A stretch of 64,000 bases of DNA from Octopus vulgaris (GCA_951406725.2 OX597823.1:69068001-69132000); one strand, 5' to 3'; counted from the stretch's first letter, positions 49,471-63,840 are shown. Made by a program: numbers and translations. Notes: generated by a model from the sequence alone, not told the origin.

Positions 49471-52400
49471 ATGATGATGATGATGATGGTGATGTAGATG
49501 ATGATCCTTTTTACTTCAGGCACAAGACCTGAAAAGTTCACAGTAGTAGTATTGGCTAAGGTTATGCTTCTTTTTTCCTTGCCTCACGTTGCTTCACTTG
49601 AGTTGTTGCTGGTGCTGTTAACTGCTATAGCAGTGATGATGGCCACGTTGATGCTAGCCTTTACATTATGATTATTGTTGTTGTTATTTGTGTTAATTGC
49701 TGCTGTGAGGGTGGTGGTGATATTGTAGGTGATAATGTTTAACAGGTTGCTGTCTTCATTACTTGGTATGTTGTGGACTTTGTTGTTTCTATTGGTGTAT
49801 TATTTTGGTGGGGCGGAGAAAAACTTCAAAACTATTTCCCTTCAAAATTATCTCTCACTTTTCCCTCTAGCAGGTTGATTGTTGAAGAACCCCACCATAT
49901 TTTTACATTTGGGTTGTTTGAAAACAAAAATTTCAGAACTTACCTTTTTGAAGTTTTTGCCCCAGGGGCATGAAACAAAGAAGCTAACAAACCTGTAGGG
50001 CAATTCACTTAATAACGGGTATATATCAGATATTAATAAGCAAATTCTCTGTACATATGCAAACAAAATAAAAATTTATGAAGAGGACATGTCTTAGATA
50101 AAAAAAAAAAAAAAAGTGTGCCTGTACTATGTAACATGTATGCTCACTGATATGTGTATGCAAGACATTGCAACATTGACAATTTGGAGGTGACAATTTG
50201 GTGCATACACACACACAAACACATACATACATACACACACACACACACAAACACACACACATTATATATATATATACACATACATATAGGTTCCCCTACT
50301 CACCATTTTGTTTCCCCATAACTTTCAGAAAAGTGGATACATTTTAATGAAATTTTCAACAAATATGCTTCGTGTAGTGTAGATTCCGATTATATTGTAA
50401 TTTGATTTTTTAAAAATTGTAAAAATATTCCATTTTTCTGGAACTTACAAGGGAACAAATTCAGCGGGATCACTTGTGTAGTCATGCCCGTATATATATA
50501 TATATATATATGTATTGTGATTTGTGGAAATGATCAGTGATGCATTAAATGTTTATAAATTCCATCCAAGGATTATTGTTATTATTATTATTATATTTAT
50601 CCTACATTAGATCGGTACAGCTCGATGCAACGCCCAAAAACTAGTTCACCAGTCAGCATCATTAGACTGTGGCTGGCATAATAGAATAGGACCTTTGGTA
50701 AATATTTTGTAAAGGATCCATTCATATCTCGGTGTGAAATACTTTTTGTCCACATGTTTTTTTGAGTGCATTTAATACAGCTCACCTCCAAACCTGTTGC
50801 AAGCTACTTTTTTCTGGAAAAGAAAGTGGTGGGGTGGGGTGAGACCTTGGAGTTTCCACCGACAGAGTTTTGTTCCATGGTTTTTTCTTTTCGGTTATTT
50901 CACATGCTTCCACCGAATATGACATTGAAATCATGCATAAACGGCTCCTTTTCCTCAGAAAAAGAAAGATTTGGGTGCTATTTCTAGCATGCCCTACTAG
51001 CACACAACAGCTATTTCATATATATATATATATATACACATATATAAAAGATCTTTTTCAACTTTACAAAATAAATCATTATCTTCTGGTAGTTGTTAAA
51101 TTGTTAACTGCAGAAGATAGTGGTTTAATTTGTTAAGTCGAAAAAGCTCTTTCATTCCATTTAACTATCACTTCAATAATCATATTAGGCAACTTTAGAA
51201 TGGTATTTTTTTTTTACTTTATCTATTTCTTTTTACGGTAAACACTTTAGTTTTACAATTTTAGTGCAATCCTTCACAAAGTTAAAAGTAAAAGTAGATG
51301 AATTAGCTTTAAGGAGTGAATTTTATTGCGGAAAAGGCAAAAATCACATTGCAGTGAAGAGATTTTGCTAAAGTTTTGATAGAAGAGTCGAAAATTGAAA
51401 AGAGCGTAGGTGTTGTATGAAAGACAAATGTAACTGGTGCGTCTACAATAATGAAAGTTTATGGGAAAATCTCACTATTTCATTCATTTTTAACTTCGTA
51501 GAGGGCTGTTGCAAAATCGTAGACTAAAAGACTTTAAAAGAAAACAAAACCGTCTATGAGTTAGTTAATTGCCCAAAAGAAATTAGATGAAATTTATTGA
51601 CATCTTTCGTTTAACGAAATACATGCAAACACACACACACACACACGCATGCAATCACACACACACTCACACATGCATGCACTCACATACACACATATGC
51701 ATACATATACATACATATACATATATTTACACCCACACACATACTACATAGGAATGCATAGCATTATGGGAGCAATGCATTCGTGAAAGCTTGCCATAAT
51801 GCAAAATCTCATAACGTGAAATTACTGTGCTTGGAGATGTTAGAATGAAAGTTATTGGGAAGATGAGGAGAATGGTAATGATTTGAACCCTAACTGCTAG
51901 ATACTCAGCTAGACATCATGAGTGAGCTGCCACAGTTTCATGTGATTGATCTATAAATCAACCAATCAGTATAAAGCTGTGGTGTGATATGGCTTACCCA
52001 GATGTTCTAAAATTTAACCCCTTTCCACCTTATGAAAACAGTTTGGCACCTAACTCATTGCAGAAAGCACCTCTTGCCAGGTAGTCAACTTCAGACAGTT
52101 AGGCAGATGACCTCCGGGATTCAAGTAGATGGCTTTTATTTTTTGCATGGACATACCGAATCTGAACATTTACACGATGTTCCATAAGTACTTTCTATGG
52201 ATTCTGAGTGGTTTTTCTCTCCTCCTAGTCATCAGTTATATTATTAATAGTTTTCATTCTAATAAACAACACCAAATATGTCCGGAGAAAAATATTAAAA
52301 TTAAATGTTTGTGAGTTTGCTTCAGACATTATTCACACAGCCAACAATGACATTTCACACAAGTACTACAACAGGGTAATCATGCCATCCATGGTAACTC

Positions 52401-53719
52401 AAACTTCTAAAATATGTCATCATTAACCAGCTTGACCTGAGTGGACATAATCACCATGGCATTTGGAGACATCCAACGTACATCTTCTTGGGATTTGGGG
52501 AATCTGACACAAGAAGAGGCCAGCAAAAAAGAACCTGGAACAACAGAAACCCAATTCATAAATCTCGTGAAAATCAACCCCACCACCAACATCAGTAAGT
52601 TCAAAAGGGCAGATGTCAAAAGCTAGTAACTTTTACCACTACAACCCCAACCCTTTTAAGCTATGACATTGATATGCTGATAGTGTCTGTTTATGGATTG
52701 GGCATATTTTTTTTATCGTGTGACTAACTTTTCAGTACCAAGGAAAGCTGTGACTTCTTTCAAATGCATTATTCCAGAACAAATTTTATCCAGAACCTTC
52801 CCGAGTTTGCAGCAGTAAAGGGTATTTAATCTTTCCATATCCATGTTGTTTGAGCGATTCCTAATAATTTGCGCTTAAATATGGTATCTTCACATAGTAT
52901 TATGGATATCTCCTGTTCCAATACTTTTAACGCGAATATTTATCCTCCTGCCTTTGTTTCTTCCATTTTTTTCCTTAGATGACCAAAGACAAAATTCAGG
53001 CTCTGACATAGATTTGTGCAATTGCAATTGCCTCAATATTCTGTGTACTCAAATTCTTATGGCTGAAGGACTTTGAGAAATTATTCATTCAATCGTTGTG
53101 AATTTTGTTGGTATCACTACCATTTTGGTATTAACGCATGCAAATGCATTCAACCATGTTCTTTCAAGTTAGTTGCTCAAAAGCAGGAAAATGGCAGCTT
53201 ATTTCTCAGTAAAGCACTTATGTCATTTTTTGAAAGGAAGAACTTTCACCATTAACCTACGCATTACAATCCAACATGGATAAATATTTCCCAAGAGATA
53301 TTAAGCACCTTGATTATATTTCATAGTTTACTGTGGATATTCATCATATCAAGGGTAATGAAAATTCTGCTGCAAATGCATCATCCCTTTTTCATATCAA
53401 AGCTTTGTACTTTGGTCATACACTCAAACATTTTTTAACAAAAAAAATTCTTTTACAGTTGTTAAAAAAAAAATCAGAAAAAGAACTGCAGAACGGTTTG
53501 TGTATCTTGTGAACTTATTGTTACATGAATTTTATCTCACCATTTATTCCACATTCGAGCATGTTTTTCTTTCTTTTTCTTCTTTTGTTTTTGGCACTTG
53601 TGTTGGCATACTGTATTTCTATGTAAATTCTCTGTTTTATTATTTCATCCTTTTCACTTTCATCATGAAGAACTGGGAGGAAGGACTACATGTGGTTCAA
53701 CATGTCCTTCCTCTCTTTT

Positions 53720-54185
53720 TTGTTCAAAGAGAATTGGAGAGGAAGTCAAGAAAAGATTATTGAAGTGCTACATCTGGTCGGTGCTAACGTATGGATGTAA
53801 GTCTTGGATGATAAGCAAAGTCATGGAGAAATGACTCAATGCTGCAGAAATGTGGTTTTATAGAAAAATGCTTAGAATCTCGTGGGTACAGAGGATGTTG
53901 AAGAAGATGAAGGTGAAGAGACATTTGATGGATACTATTAGAGAGAGACAACAGAGATTTGTTGGTCATTTTCACAGAGACGATAATGGAATGGAGCATT
54001 ACATGGTAGAGACTGAGCTGGTGGGAAGGAGAGTGAGAGGAAGGCAGAGAATGAAGATATTTGACTGGATGAAGAAGAGAATGAATGTGCAGAGCGAGAA
54101 AGAACTGAGTGATGTTACGAGATACAGAAATAAATGGAGGAGAAACAAGCCATGATTTGTCAATGGTATGAATATGCCATGACAC
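53720..54185 (+). pseudogene. RTE (BovB-like) LINE ORF C-terminal relic
   Basis: KKRLLKCYIWSVLTYGCKSW...AAEMWFYRKMLRISW...RFVGH...GRRVRGRQR. Confidence 0.88.
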
Positions 54186-56039
54186 AAGGGGGGGGGGGAA
54201 ATGTATAGATTTAGAGTGATTTAACTGTTATTTCTTGCAATTGAATTAATTATGTGTTATTAGTGCAAACTAGACACAGAAAAATACTGCTAAGAATTCG
54301 TCATTACAAGGATTTGAAACACTCTTTGTACTAAAGTTATTTTAAAATTTCTTGATTTAAAAACAATGCCTTTTGTCCAGAAAAACTCCTTATTTGAGCC
54401 AGCCTTCATTTAATTTTATCTCTTCTCCTCTCTTAATTTTTAATCACTCTGTTTATTTTATTTTCTCCATATGTCATCATGCATAGATTATAACCATATA
54501 AAATTTTTTCCCTTTAAATCCACCAGTGTTATCACTTTTTTATGGAAACTGAAATGAAATTTATTCCAAGAACTAATCACCTATATTATAAAGTAATATG
54601 GATATCTCAAAATAAATTAAGAAACTGCTCTCACATTGTTCACCAAAAGAGGGATTACTGTAAATAGAATTTTCTGCTAGACTTTTTTTTTCTTTCCTTG
54701 CAATTAAAAATCCTTGGAAACTAAATACTCATTGTTTTGTTCAAATGTTAATTGGAGACATTTTGACAAAGATTTATGTTCAATACTGTGTTCTTTTCGA
54801 CAAACATTATTTTATGAATGTTTTTTGCAGATTAGCTTTAGTTGCAAATATTTCTTCTTCCTTTATTAGAAAACTTGTCTAAAAATTCAAACACAATTGA
54901 GTGATTGGTTTTCTTGCTTGGAGTCTTGTAACCAATTTTTATGTGATCATTGGCAGTATCACATTATAACATTGAGTAAAGGATATTATTTTATTTGCTA
55001 CAAATTTTCTAATAGAAAATTAAAAAATTACAAGTTTATTACAACATAAAGTTAATATATTAAGTAAGGCACCTCACTCTTATCAGACTTAATAATCCTC
55101 CAAAAATGTTGAACTTGGTAGGTTTCATTCAGTAACAGTATAAAAGATAATTAAAGAGATAAAATAAATCCCTGATGTTACTGCTGTTGCTGTTACTATA
55201 ATTGTTGTTGTTGATGTTGCTGCTACTAAAAAGACTTTCATCACAAGATGAAGTCAACCACATTAGGTATACGGAAGAGTAATATAAAGACATCATCACA
55301 AACTTTATAGGAAAAACAGTCTGCAGAACAGGTGAAAGGACTGGAGAATACTCACATGAATACAATGAAAGGAAACAGACTATTAACATGCCATAGAGAA
55401 ATACAATGGATCAATAAACATCCAAGAAAATAAATGCATTACTTGTAGCACCAAGAAACTTCTTCATAAACTACATTTAAACTGCTCCACTGCAGTTTAA
55501 AAATCTTCTCTCTCTTTCTCTCTCCTTTCACCTTGGACAATAACTTTTAGGGTAAAAGGTTTGCAAGCAGGATAAACAAGCTAGACATTATTTCCAAGTG
55601 AGACAATCTAATCTTTCACTAGATTCCATTTGATTATAATATCATTTATAATATAGTCTAGGATGAAGAGAGCAATGAAGTTTGGGGACAAGGCCTTTGT
55701 TTGAGAGAGCAAAGCATTTTTAATGTATAACACTGACGGAAAGCCTGTAGCAGTGATGGTAAGTCCAGCATGTTTAAAATCTAATTCTATTAATAATCTT
55801 GCATACTTGATGAGTTTTAGGCAAATATTTAAAGATAATTGTTTTGTGACATGATATATTAATGGGATTTTTTTCAATGTCTATCATGTGTCACTGAAGT
55901 ACTTGCAGCACATCACTGACCTATAAGATAACCTCTATGACTAAGGGTGTAATTTCCTATAATTAGCTATGGATTAGGACAGCTGCATTAAGAAGTGCTG
56001 ATGCATATAAATAGGGGCAGTTGCATCAAGAAATGTGAT

Positions 56040-56445
56040 CTCTAATAGTGGAGGGAACGTGTGAAAGAGGTAGATCCAGGATGATGCAGGGCAAAAGGGT
56101 AAGAAAGGATCTTCAGATGTTTGGCTTCACAGAGAATATGGCAACTGACCAAGATTTCTGATGGCTTGCTGTTTGAGAAGATATATCAAGCTAAGTAAAA
56201 TTGTCACTGACCATGCATACAGGTATGTCCTCTACATCGCTGTTTCAACTGAAAGAACCTAGGCAGTCTCATGAGAGCTGGCATCATGTAAAAGCACTCA
56301 TGCTGGTTCCAAGTAAAAGTACCCAGCACACTCTGTTAAGTGGTTAGTATTAGAAAGGGTATCCAGCCATAGAAACCATGCCAAAACGAACAAATGGAGA
56401 CAGGACAGGTCTCCAGTTGACCAGTTCTTGTCAAAATGTCCAACT
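56040..56445 (+). mobile_element. Old family B RTE 3' end including ORF terminus
   Basis: VEGTCERGRSR...RKDLQMFGFTENMATDQDF*WLAV followed by UTR and gtggttagtattagaaagggtatccagcc. Confidence 0.78.
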
Positions 56446-56505
56446 TATACGTTTTGAATTTAAATTTTTGTTTATTTCTTAACTGTACATTATTATTCTT
56501 GTTTT

Positions 56506-56645
56506 CTAGCTTTTTCTAATTTCCACGTCTTCCTTTGCCACTAGCCCTTTAATGAATATTAGGCACTTTAACATATCTGGCATTAATTCTTCCAGCTTAC
56601 ACCTTTCGCAAGCCTTATTAACCATACTGGCATATATTACAAAAT
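56506..56645 (-). pseudogene. Gypsy gag fragment paralogous to 38795-38930
   Basis: YASMVNKACERCKLEELMPDMLKCLIFIKGLVAKEDVEIR vs YAGRVNRECE*FKLSKLMPDMFNCLIF...AEKDAEVR. Confidence 0.8.
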
Positions 56646-57094
56646 GTATAATAAACCTTTGAGATGATACAAGAAAGATAGAAGACAAGAGTAATAATGT
56701 ACAAATGTGTAAAGAAAGTACAAAACGGTGCAACAAAATACACGCATTAAACAATAATTATGATAATGATGATGATGATGGCTAAAATCTCTACCCTGTA
56801 ACAAAACTTATAATCATTCATTAGTTTTCATTTACCCATCCTGTTCCCATAAAAATGAAAATTATTCAAGTAAATTTTTGTGTCAGTTAAGATCATTATC
56901 TGGTTGTTCCAATCCTGCCAACTTTTGGCACCTTGAAGAACCTTTAGCTGAATGAATTGACCCTGGTACTTATTCTATTGGTTTGTTTTGCTGAACTGCT
57001 AAGTTATGGGGATATAAACACGTCAAAATCAGTTGTCAAGCAGTGGTGTGGGTGACACACATTCACACACTCACACACTCACACATGCACACAC

Positions 57095-57571
57095 ATCAGG
57101 GGAACTAATAAATTCTCCGCACTTCCACCATAACATATCTTTATTATTGTCGCATTGCCTTCTGTACATAAATACTTATAATTGGTACCATTGTGGTTAT
57201 GTGATCACACCATTTTTCCTTTTGGCTTGACAATATAAGCATGGCCCCTCCACTAGCAATGTGCACTAAAGGAGAACAAGGAGCAGTAGTGGTGAACCAG
57301 TTCACCAATACCATTTCTTGAGCTTGCTGAATCTTCTAATCAGTGGTGGAGGTTGACAGGCATCCGCTCCCTCATCATACATCATGTTTGTCTGGTCACT
57401 TTTAAACTCCTCGATCCACTCATACATACTTCTATACAGTAGTGCACAGTCGTATTGTGCTAAAAGCTTTTGATGAATTTCAGCACCTGACACACTTTTC
57501 GACCAGAGAAGTCTCAAGTACTGTTCTTTGTTCTTCTTTGGCACACATTGCTAGTGGAGTGGCCATGCTTA
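57095..57571. mobile_element. Mariner relic with two convergent transposase 5' ends
   Basis: Plus strand MAPPLAMCTKGEQGAV (57241) and minus strand MATPLAMCAKEEQRTV / LRLLWSKSVSGAEIHQKLLAQY...YEWIEEFK (from 57566). Confidence 0.75.
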
Positions 57572-58912
57572 CACTATAAAGTTAGAAAGGAAAATGACAT
57601 GATCAGACTAAAACTTCGATCATGTAACCACAATAGTACCACAACCAGCATCCTTATCATCACCAACACAAACATCAATACCACCATCATTATCATCATC
57701 TTCTTTATCACCATCACACCATCACCAACATCCACATCACCATCAATACCACCACCACAACCGCAGTCATTGCCATCATCATCATCATTGTTGTCGTCGT
57801 TGTCGTCTTCATCATCATCATCATAACCACCTAATTCAGATTGTGTTCTTTTTATTTGATGATATTTCTCTATGCCATTCATCAGATTGTAATCTTTTCT
57901 TTAGTTTGAATGCTTTTTTCCCTTTCCACAATTTTGTCCAATTATAGTGTCATTACTAAATTTCCTTATCTTATATACACTCCTCTTTATCCTCATGATA
58001 CAAATACATAGGTGTCAATTCAAGACATTATTTCAGGTGTCACACTGCACTCAACTACCTCTACACACACACACAGGCACACACACAGGCACACACACAC
58101 AGCATTACCATCCTTCACTCTTGTTATATGTCACTAGAAACACAGAGACCATTCTTATCATATAAATTGCTATTGAACATAAATTATTGCAGAAATTTCT
58201 TCATTCCCAGGTTTTTATCCCTGTACTTATTCAGTCAATATCTATGCCAATCCAACCTGTTTGACCTCACATCACAAATTTCATTTTCATAAACTTTATA
58301 TTGAATTAGAATTGAAGAATGGCATCAGGTGATAAATAACTTTGGAAGTAATCATCATTAGATATTTCAACTGTCTGTGAGATGTACCACATAAATTCTG
58401 GCAAATTACTGCTGTCATCAAAACCAATGAAATCCGTCTAGCTTTCTACTGCCACCCCGCTATTTCTTCCTCTTCGTAATTTCTAGAGAAGATTTCTGTA
58501 CATGCATCTCTAATTAGTTCACCAATGGCCATGATAAATATTATAACATTAATTTGTCCTTTTCCACCACTACTACCACCATTTTTTGCAACTTGCTGAG
58601 TTAACTTCCATGAAATATTTATCTCTGTATAATATTTCTGTATCATATTAAATTAGTAAGTTATGTGGCACAAGTATCTGTTTGATCATATGATGATTGC
58701 AATTTGATGTATGCATGTATTTATAAATATATGCATGTATGTGTGTGCACACATATGTATGCCTGTATGCAAATGTGTGTGCTATATATATATATATATA
58801 TATATGATGGTTGCTCTTGTCAGTTAGTTTCAACATATGATTGTTTGAAGGAGAGGACATAGAGTTAAAGAGAGTAATAGAAAGTAAAGACATGAAGAAG
58901 CTGCATCTATTT

Positions 58913-59079
58913 TCAATAGATGCGTAAATGTAATTTCAGTCCAGACATGGATTTTGCTATAAAGTTGCAATGGAGACATTGACGATTTTGAGTTTGTCTG
59001 GGATTGAGCAAGTGCGTCTGTTGATTGCGGAATATAGTTCTTCTATTGTTCTTTTCTGTCAGCTCAAATTGTTTGGATG

Positions 59080-59082
<3 letters not shown>
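58913..59082 (-). pseudogene. RTE-type LINE C-terminal zinc-finger fragment
   Basis: QFELTEKNNRR...CLHCNFIAKSMSGLKLHLRIY* fits the terminal C..C....S..GL..H.R motif. Confidence 0.55.
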
Positions 59083-59127
<45 letters not shown>

Positions 59128-59129
<2 letters not shown>

Positions 59130-59610
59130 TCATCATTTAATGTTCGTTGTCCATGCTTGCATGGTTTGGATGGCTTGATCAGGGCTGGGAAGCTGAGAGG
59201 CTGCACCAGACTCCAATCTGATTTGGCATGGTTTCTACAGCTGTATGCAGCTTCCTAATGCCAATCACTGTGAGAGTGTAATGTGTGCTTTTAAGTCTCA
59301 CCTGCACGAGTGCAAGTTACCTGACACCAGTATCTGCCATGACTATGATTTCACTTGGCTTGAAAGGTTTTCAAGCACAGCGTATTGCCAAAGGTCTTGG
59401 TCATTTGCCATTGCCTCCTTGAGACTCAACATTTAAAAGGTGCTTTTTACATGTTACCAGCACAGGTGCTAGTTATGCAACATTGGCACAAATGCTACTT
59501 AGATGACACTGGCATTGGCCACATTGCCTCTGTGAGGCCCAACACTCAAAAGATGCTTTTTATGTGCCACCAACATGGGTGCTAGTTATGTGACACCAGC
59601 ATCATCCACA
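59128..59610 (-). mobile_element. Family B RTE 3' end, rearranged
   Basis: (ATC)n tail and terminus, with minus-strand LSLKEAMANDQDLWQYAVLE. Confidence 0.8.
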
Positions 59611-59681
59611 TTTGATACAAACATTTCAGAGTGTTTGGGTGTCAATCTAGGGACAGTGCAATCTGAGGACATTTACCAAGA

Positions 59682-60090
59682 GTGATAAAAATCAAGCACC
59701 CAGTCAAAATCATGGTGTTTGAAGTGATCACTACTGATGTTGATGTTATACCTCCAGTCATCTTCCCACACGGGCCCAGACTCAACACAGAGGTCTACAT
59801 CAAGTGCCTGGAGGAAGTAGTGCTGCTCTGGGCCAAGAGAGTGGTTGCTAGAAGACCGTGTCTGACAACAGGACTCTGCACCATGCCACACAAGCAGGAG
59901 TACCCAGTCGTGGCTATCAGACAATTTTGGTAACTGCTTCACTCCTAACGTCTGGCCACTCAACTCCCTAGACTGTAACCCCCTTGATTATTATGTGTGG
60001 GGCACAGTTGAATGAGAGATCAACAAAACTCCTTGTAACAGCAAAAATTAACTGAAGGTAAGGATTGTGGGGTAGCATTCACCAACTTAA
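59682..60090 (+). pseudogene. Tc1/mariner superfamily (maT/DD37D-like) transposase catalytic fragment
   Basis: KHPVKIMVF...NTEVYIKCLEEVV...QQDSAPCHTS...WPLNSLDCNPLDYYVWG. Confidence 0.85.
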
Positions 60091-60159
60091 CATACATACA
60101 TACATACATACACATATAATACACTCACACACACACACACACATACATACACACACTTG

Positions 60160-60345
60160 AAGGTCCTTCCTGAGCCACAGGCTCATAAGGCCAGTTTCCT
60201 GCATTCTGTGACATATTCATTCCCCACACTGAATGGAATGCTGATTCATCACTAGATTACTCATTTTTGCCAGCTGTGTGGACTGGAGTAATGAGAAATG
60301 AAGTGTTTTTTACTCAAGGACACAGCATATCGTTCAAACTAGGAA
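60160..60345 (-). mobile_element. Family E SINE, diverged
   Basis: attactcatttttgccagctgtgtggactggag...gaaatgaagtg shared with 3183-3441. Confidence 0.8.
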
Positions 60346-61324
60346 TTCACATACACACACACATGTATATATATATATATATATATATATATTAATATTG
60401 CCCTTATGTTCAGTTATAATAAAACAAATTTACATCAATCGGATTGGTTACTCTATACTTTTGCAGATTACAAATTTATTATTTTAAACAAGAATGTTGT
60501 TGACAGTGATTTAAAGTTTCAGCCAGCTAACCCATTGTTGGGCTGTATATATATGTGTGTGAGTGTGTGTGTGCGTGTGTGTGTATGTGTGTGTGTGGGA
60601 ATACCTACACACACACACACATGTATTAATGATTGGGTCATTAAGAGACAAATGTGAAACATGTACTCATAAAAGAATTCAGAAGCCATGATGAAGTTAT
60701 ATTTATTGTATACAGGAGCTGACTCTCACCTTCAAGTCTCAATTTTCAAGGCTTATTCAAAGGCAAGATTTTGTAGGAAATGGCAGAAAACTTGTGTGGG
60801 AAAAGAGAAATGTAAAAGAATTCAGTTTTCATAGGTAATATACTCTACAGTAAGTATTGAGTACACATTTTCTTCGTTGATAAAGAACAAACTGACATTT
60901 GAAGGGAAACAACACATACACACACATACACATTTATACAAGAAAGGAGCATCAGGTCAGTTTCGTCACTGCTTCAGGATACAAACCGATGATATGTTGG
61001 TATGACAGAAGAGCCATTCAAAGGATAGTTTCCTTTGAACATTTCTTCTTCCTTCAGTGTTACGGAGATGTTGAATGTAAGAAAACATGCAAACTACAAA
61101 TTGATGCTGAAAGAAAAGACTGTGACCTACAGCAGCAACTGAAGGAAGATTACGGAAAAGTGCAAAGCATATATGAATGGCAGATAAAAAGGTGTGGTGT
61201 TTGCTACAGCCAGGAAAATACTAATGCTGATGAACTCACTGACACCATGAATATACTGAAACATCAATATATGTCAAGTACTGCATGTATGTAGACGTAT
61301 CGAATGCATACAGAAAGCAATATA

Positions 61325-61365
<41 letters not shown>

Positions 61366-61445
61366 ATACGCATACATAAATGCACACACACAGATACACA
61401 AATACGTGTACATACATTCATACATACATACATTTATATATATAA

Positions 61446-61652
61446 AGTTAATCCAAATATCAAAGTACAAAGAGAAAACACAACAAGGCGAGGATGTGGA
61501 ACAAGTATAGTGTTATTGGACGCTCAGGAAAGGAAAGAAAGAAGGAGGATTTAACGTTTCGAGCGGAGCTCTTCATCAGAAACATAGAAAAAGGAAAGGT
61601 CCTAGGAAGGGAAGACAGAGGAAAAAGAATCGCCAACGATACACACGCACTC
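61446..61652 (-). mobile_element. Family C element
   Basis: Third copy, next to (TA)n. Confidence 0.78.
61549..61583 (-). ncRNA. Minimal type I hammerhead ribozyme motif (canonical core)
   Basis: GUUU-CUGAUGA-A-GAGC(UCC)GCUC-GAAA-CG-U-U-AAAU. Stem III is reduced to the palindrome ACGU, as in PLE hammerheads. Confidence 0.7.
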
Positions 61653-61693
61653 ACATATTGAATGGACATATATATTAAATGGATACATTGAAT

Positions 61694-61735
<42 letters not shown>

Positions 61736-61795
61736 AATGGACATAGAATGGACATATATATATACATACACATATACATATATATATATATATAT

Positions 61796-62330
61796 GAAGT
61801 TTCGAATGGGAAGAGGTCGCTCTTCCTCAAGGATGTATTTCATCCAAGCGTACACTGGTTTAGCTATACATTGATTAATTTTCCTGAAATTTGTTCATTT
61901 TCATCTTTGTCCCTTCTCTGTCCACTAGTCATCTTGTCTTGCATATTATCTCATTGTTATATTGTATATTGTATATTTATTTCATATATATATTCACTTT
62001 CTGTCATGTTTGTTCCCTTGTCTTTTGGCTTTCTATTTTTCAGCACCTTCTCATCGCTGGCACCACCAAAGAGGAGCAATATTACCATTGAAAGTGTGAA
62101 GTTGCGTAGATCCTTTGGGTGATATCTGATGAGGAATTGGCAACCTTCTGTGTTAGATTTCCACTTGTTTGTGCTTATATACACTTGTGAGGAATTTTTT
62201 GAGGGACTTTGATTGTCTTTTATGTTTGATCATTTTGTGTATTTTAAATGCTTATTTCATTCTTGGGTCTTGTTTTAGTAGTGGGATGTTCTGGTGATAA
62301 TATTATAAACCTCTGTGTTTCTTGGGTTTA
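61796..62330 (-). mobile_element. Penelope-like element fragment (RT-EN linker relic plus hammerhead-like end)
   Basis: NPRNTEVYNII / QNIPLLKQDPRMK*AFKIHKMIKHKRQSKSLKKFLT resembles the PLE linker. The minus-strand end reads UUGAGGA-AGAG...UUC-GAAACUUC. Both ends lie in (TA)n. Confidence 0.6.
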
Positions 62331-62341
62331 TATATATATAT

Positions 62342-62540
62342 AGTTCAAATTTAGAGAAAACAAAAGATGAAGTCAGGTGAGGGAACAACAGCCAGGTATA
62401 TTAATTTGATTGCTTGGGAAGAATGGAAGTCTTTGATGTTTTGAGCTTATGCTCTTTGGCAGAAATTGATGAGAGGGAAAATAATGGAGTTAGGAAAAAA
62501 TGGAAAAAAAAAAAAACAGAGAGAGAAAAATATCTGTAGC
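62342..62540 (-). mobile_element. Diverged family C relative
   Basis: Same layout, with decayed core CUGCCAA-A-GAGC(AUAA)GCUC-AAAACAUC. Confidence 0.55.
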
Positions 62541-63294
62541 AATTAAGGGTTAGAAGAAAGAAGAGGAAAGGAATTATGTAGAATAAATAAAATAAAAATA
62601 GAAGTAGAAAAATTAACAGTTTTTAAGATAGTGATAATTATTGTTACTAGTGTCAACATTGTCATCATTGCCTTCGTCTTCCAGGTGGATATTTTTAGAG
62701 TTCAACTGAGTATAGCTGTATATTTATAATGAAAAATAAGTTACAGTGCACAAGTTCTGAAATATAAAAATGATTCCTGTTAAATGTTTAAACTTGGCAA
62801 AGGTAAGTGAATGGTTGATTAGAAATAGATGAATAACTGAATAAATGTGGTAATAGTTTTAAATTTAGCAATTATTTTTAGCGCTCTCACTTTCATCAAT
62901 CATCCTTATGCTCAAGTGAAAATTATTGGATCATCATATCAGGAATATCTGGAATAATTAAATTAAATGAAACCCACGTTAATGTGCCAACTTAATGCTT
63001 GACATATAACTCATCATCTTGTGAATAACTGCGGTTCCATTATATAAGGAGATAAAGAGAACCACTAATAAATTTTAAAATTGAAGTAAAAAGTGGCTTC
63101 AAAAATGATTATTAAATAAATCAAATCAGAGCTGATTTTCTTCAGTTAATAATACTATATAATGAATTAAAGCATTAACAGCTTAAAATTTTCTAACAGA
63201 AGCAAATTGTAATCTCACTTTAAAATTTTTAAGCTTTCTAGAAAGCATGTAATCCATTGTTAAACAAAGCAAAGAATTGTAACTGAAGTTAAAT

Positions 63295-63690
63295 CTAAAT
63301 GTTGGATAATGACTGAAAGAGTATGATTGCAAAAACAGGCTGTCAAAATACAGTTTCTTCAAACGATCTCTGGAATAATGCTATTCAATATAGAAGATAC
63401 CTCAGAGATCAGGGCATTTATCCAGATCAAGCAGCGACTTCTCTTCATTGAGAAGTTAGAGTAAAGAATTGCAAGACAACAGTTTCTTCAAGCAAAGCCA
63501 ACAAGCAAGAAACCTTGTGTGTAGACCTAGAACGAAATTGCTGGGATAATATCTATTGTCTCAGTTGGTTATATTAGGGAATCCAGCTGGAAAGTGTACT
63601 GATGGCTGCTTCTGATAGGCTGCTATGGTGGAAGGAGGTGACTGCAGACTGTAAATCCCATAATCTGTCCAGGATGGATGAAAAGATGGA
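63295..63690 (+). pseudogene. RTE/Expander-like LINE relic
   Basis: CWIMTERV*LQKQAVKIQFLQTISG...SEIRAFIQIKQRLLFIEK...RPRT and a GGAT-type tail. Confidence 0.65.
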
Positions 63691-63840
63691 AGAAGTTAAA
63701 ACATTTATACCATAAACCTCAAAGCAAATCAATGATTAAGGTATGTATAAACATATTTTCATGAAAACAAAGGCATCTATATATTAGATAGTAGTAAGAT
63801 AAAGGTGATAAAAGTAACAACAATATTCTTTTCTACTCTA

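Noticed and set aside
60899-61294. 131-aa ORF
   Set aside because: It starts in a microsatellite with a non-ATG codon, has no recognisable domain or splice signals, and is probably a TE relic.
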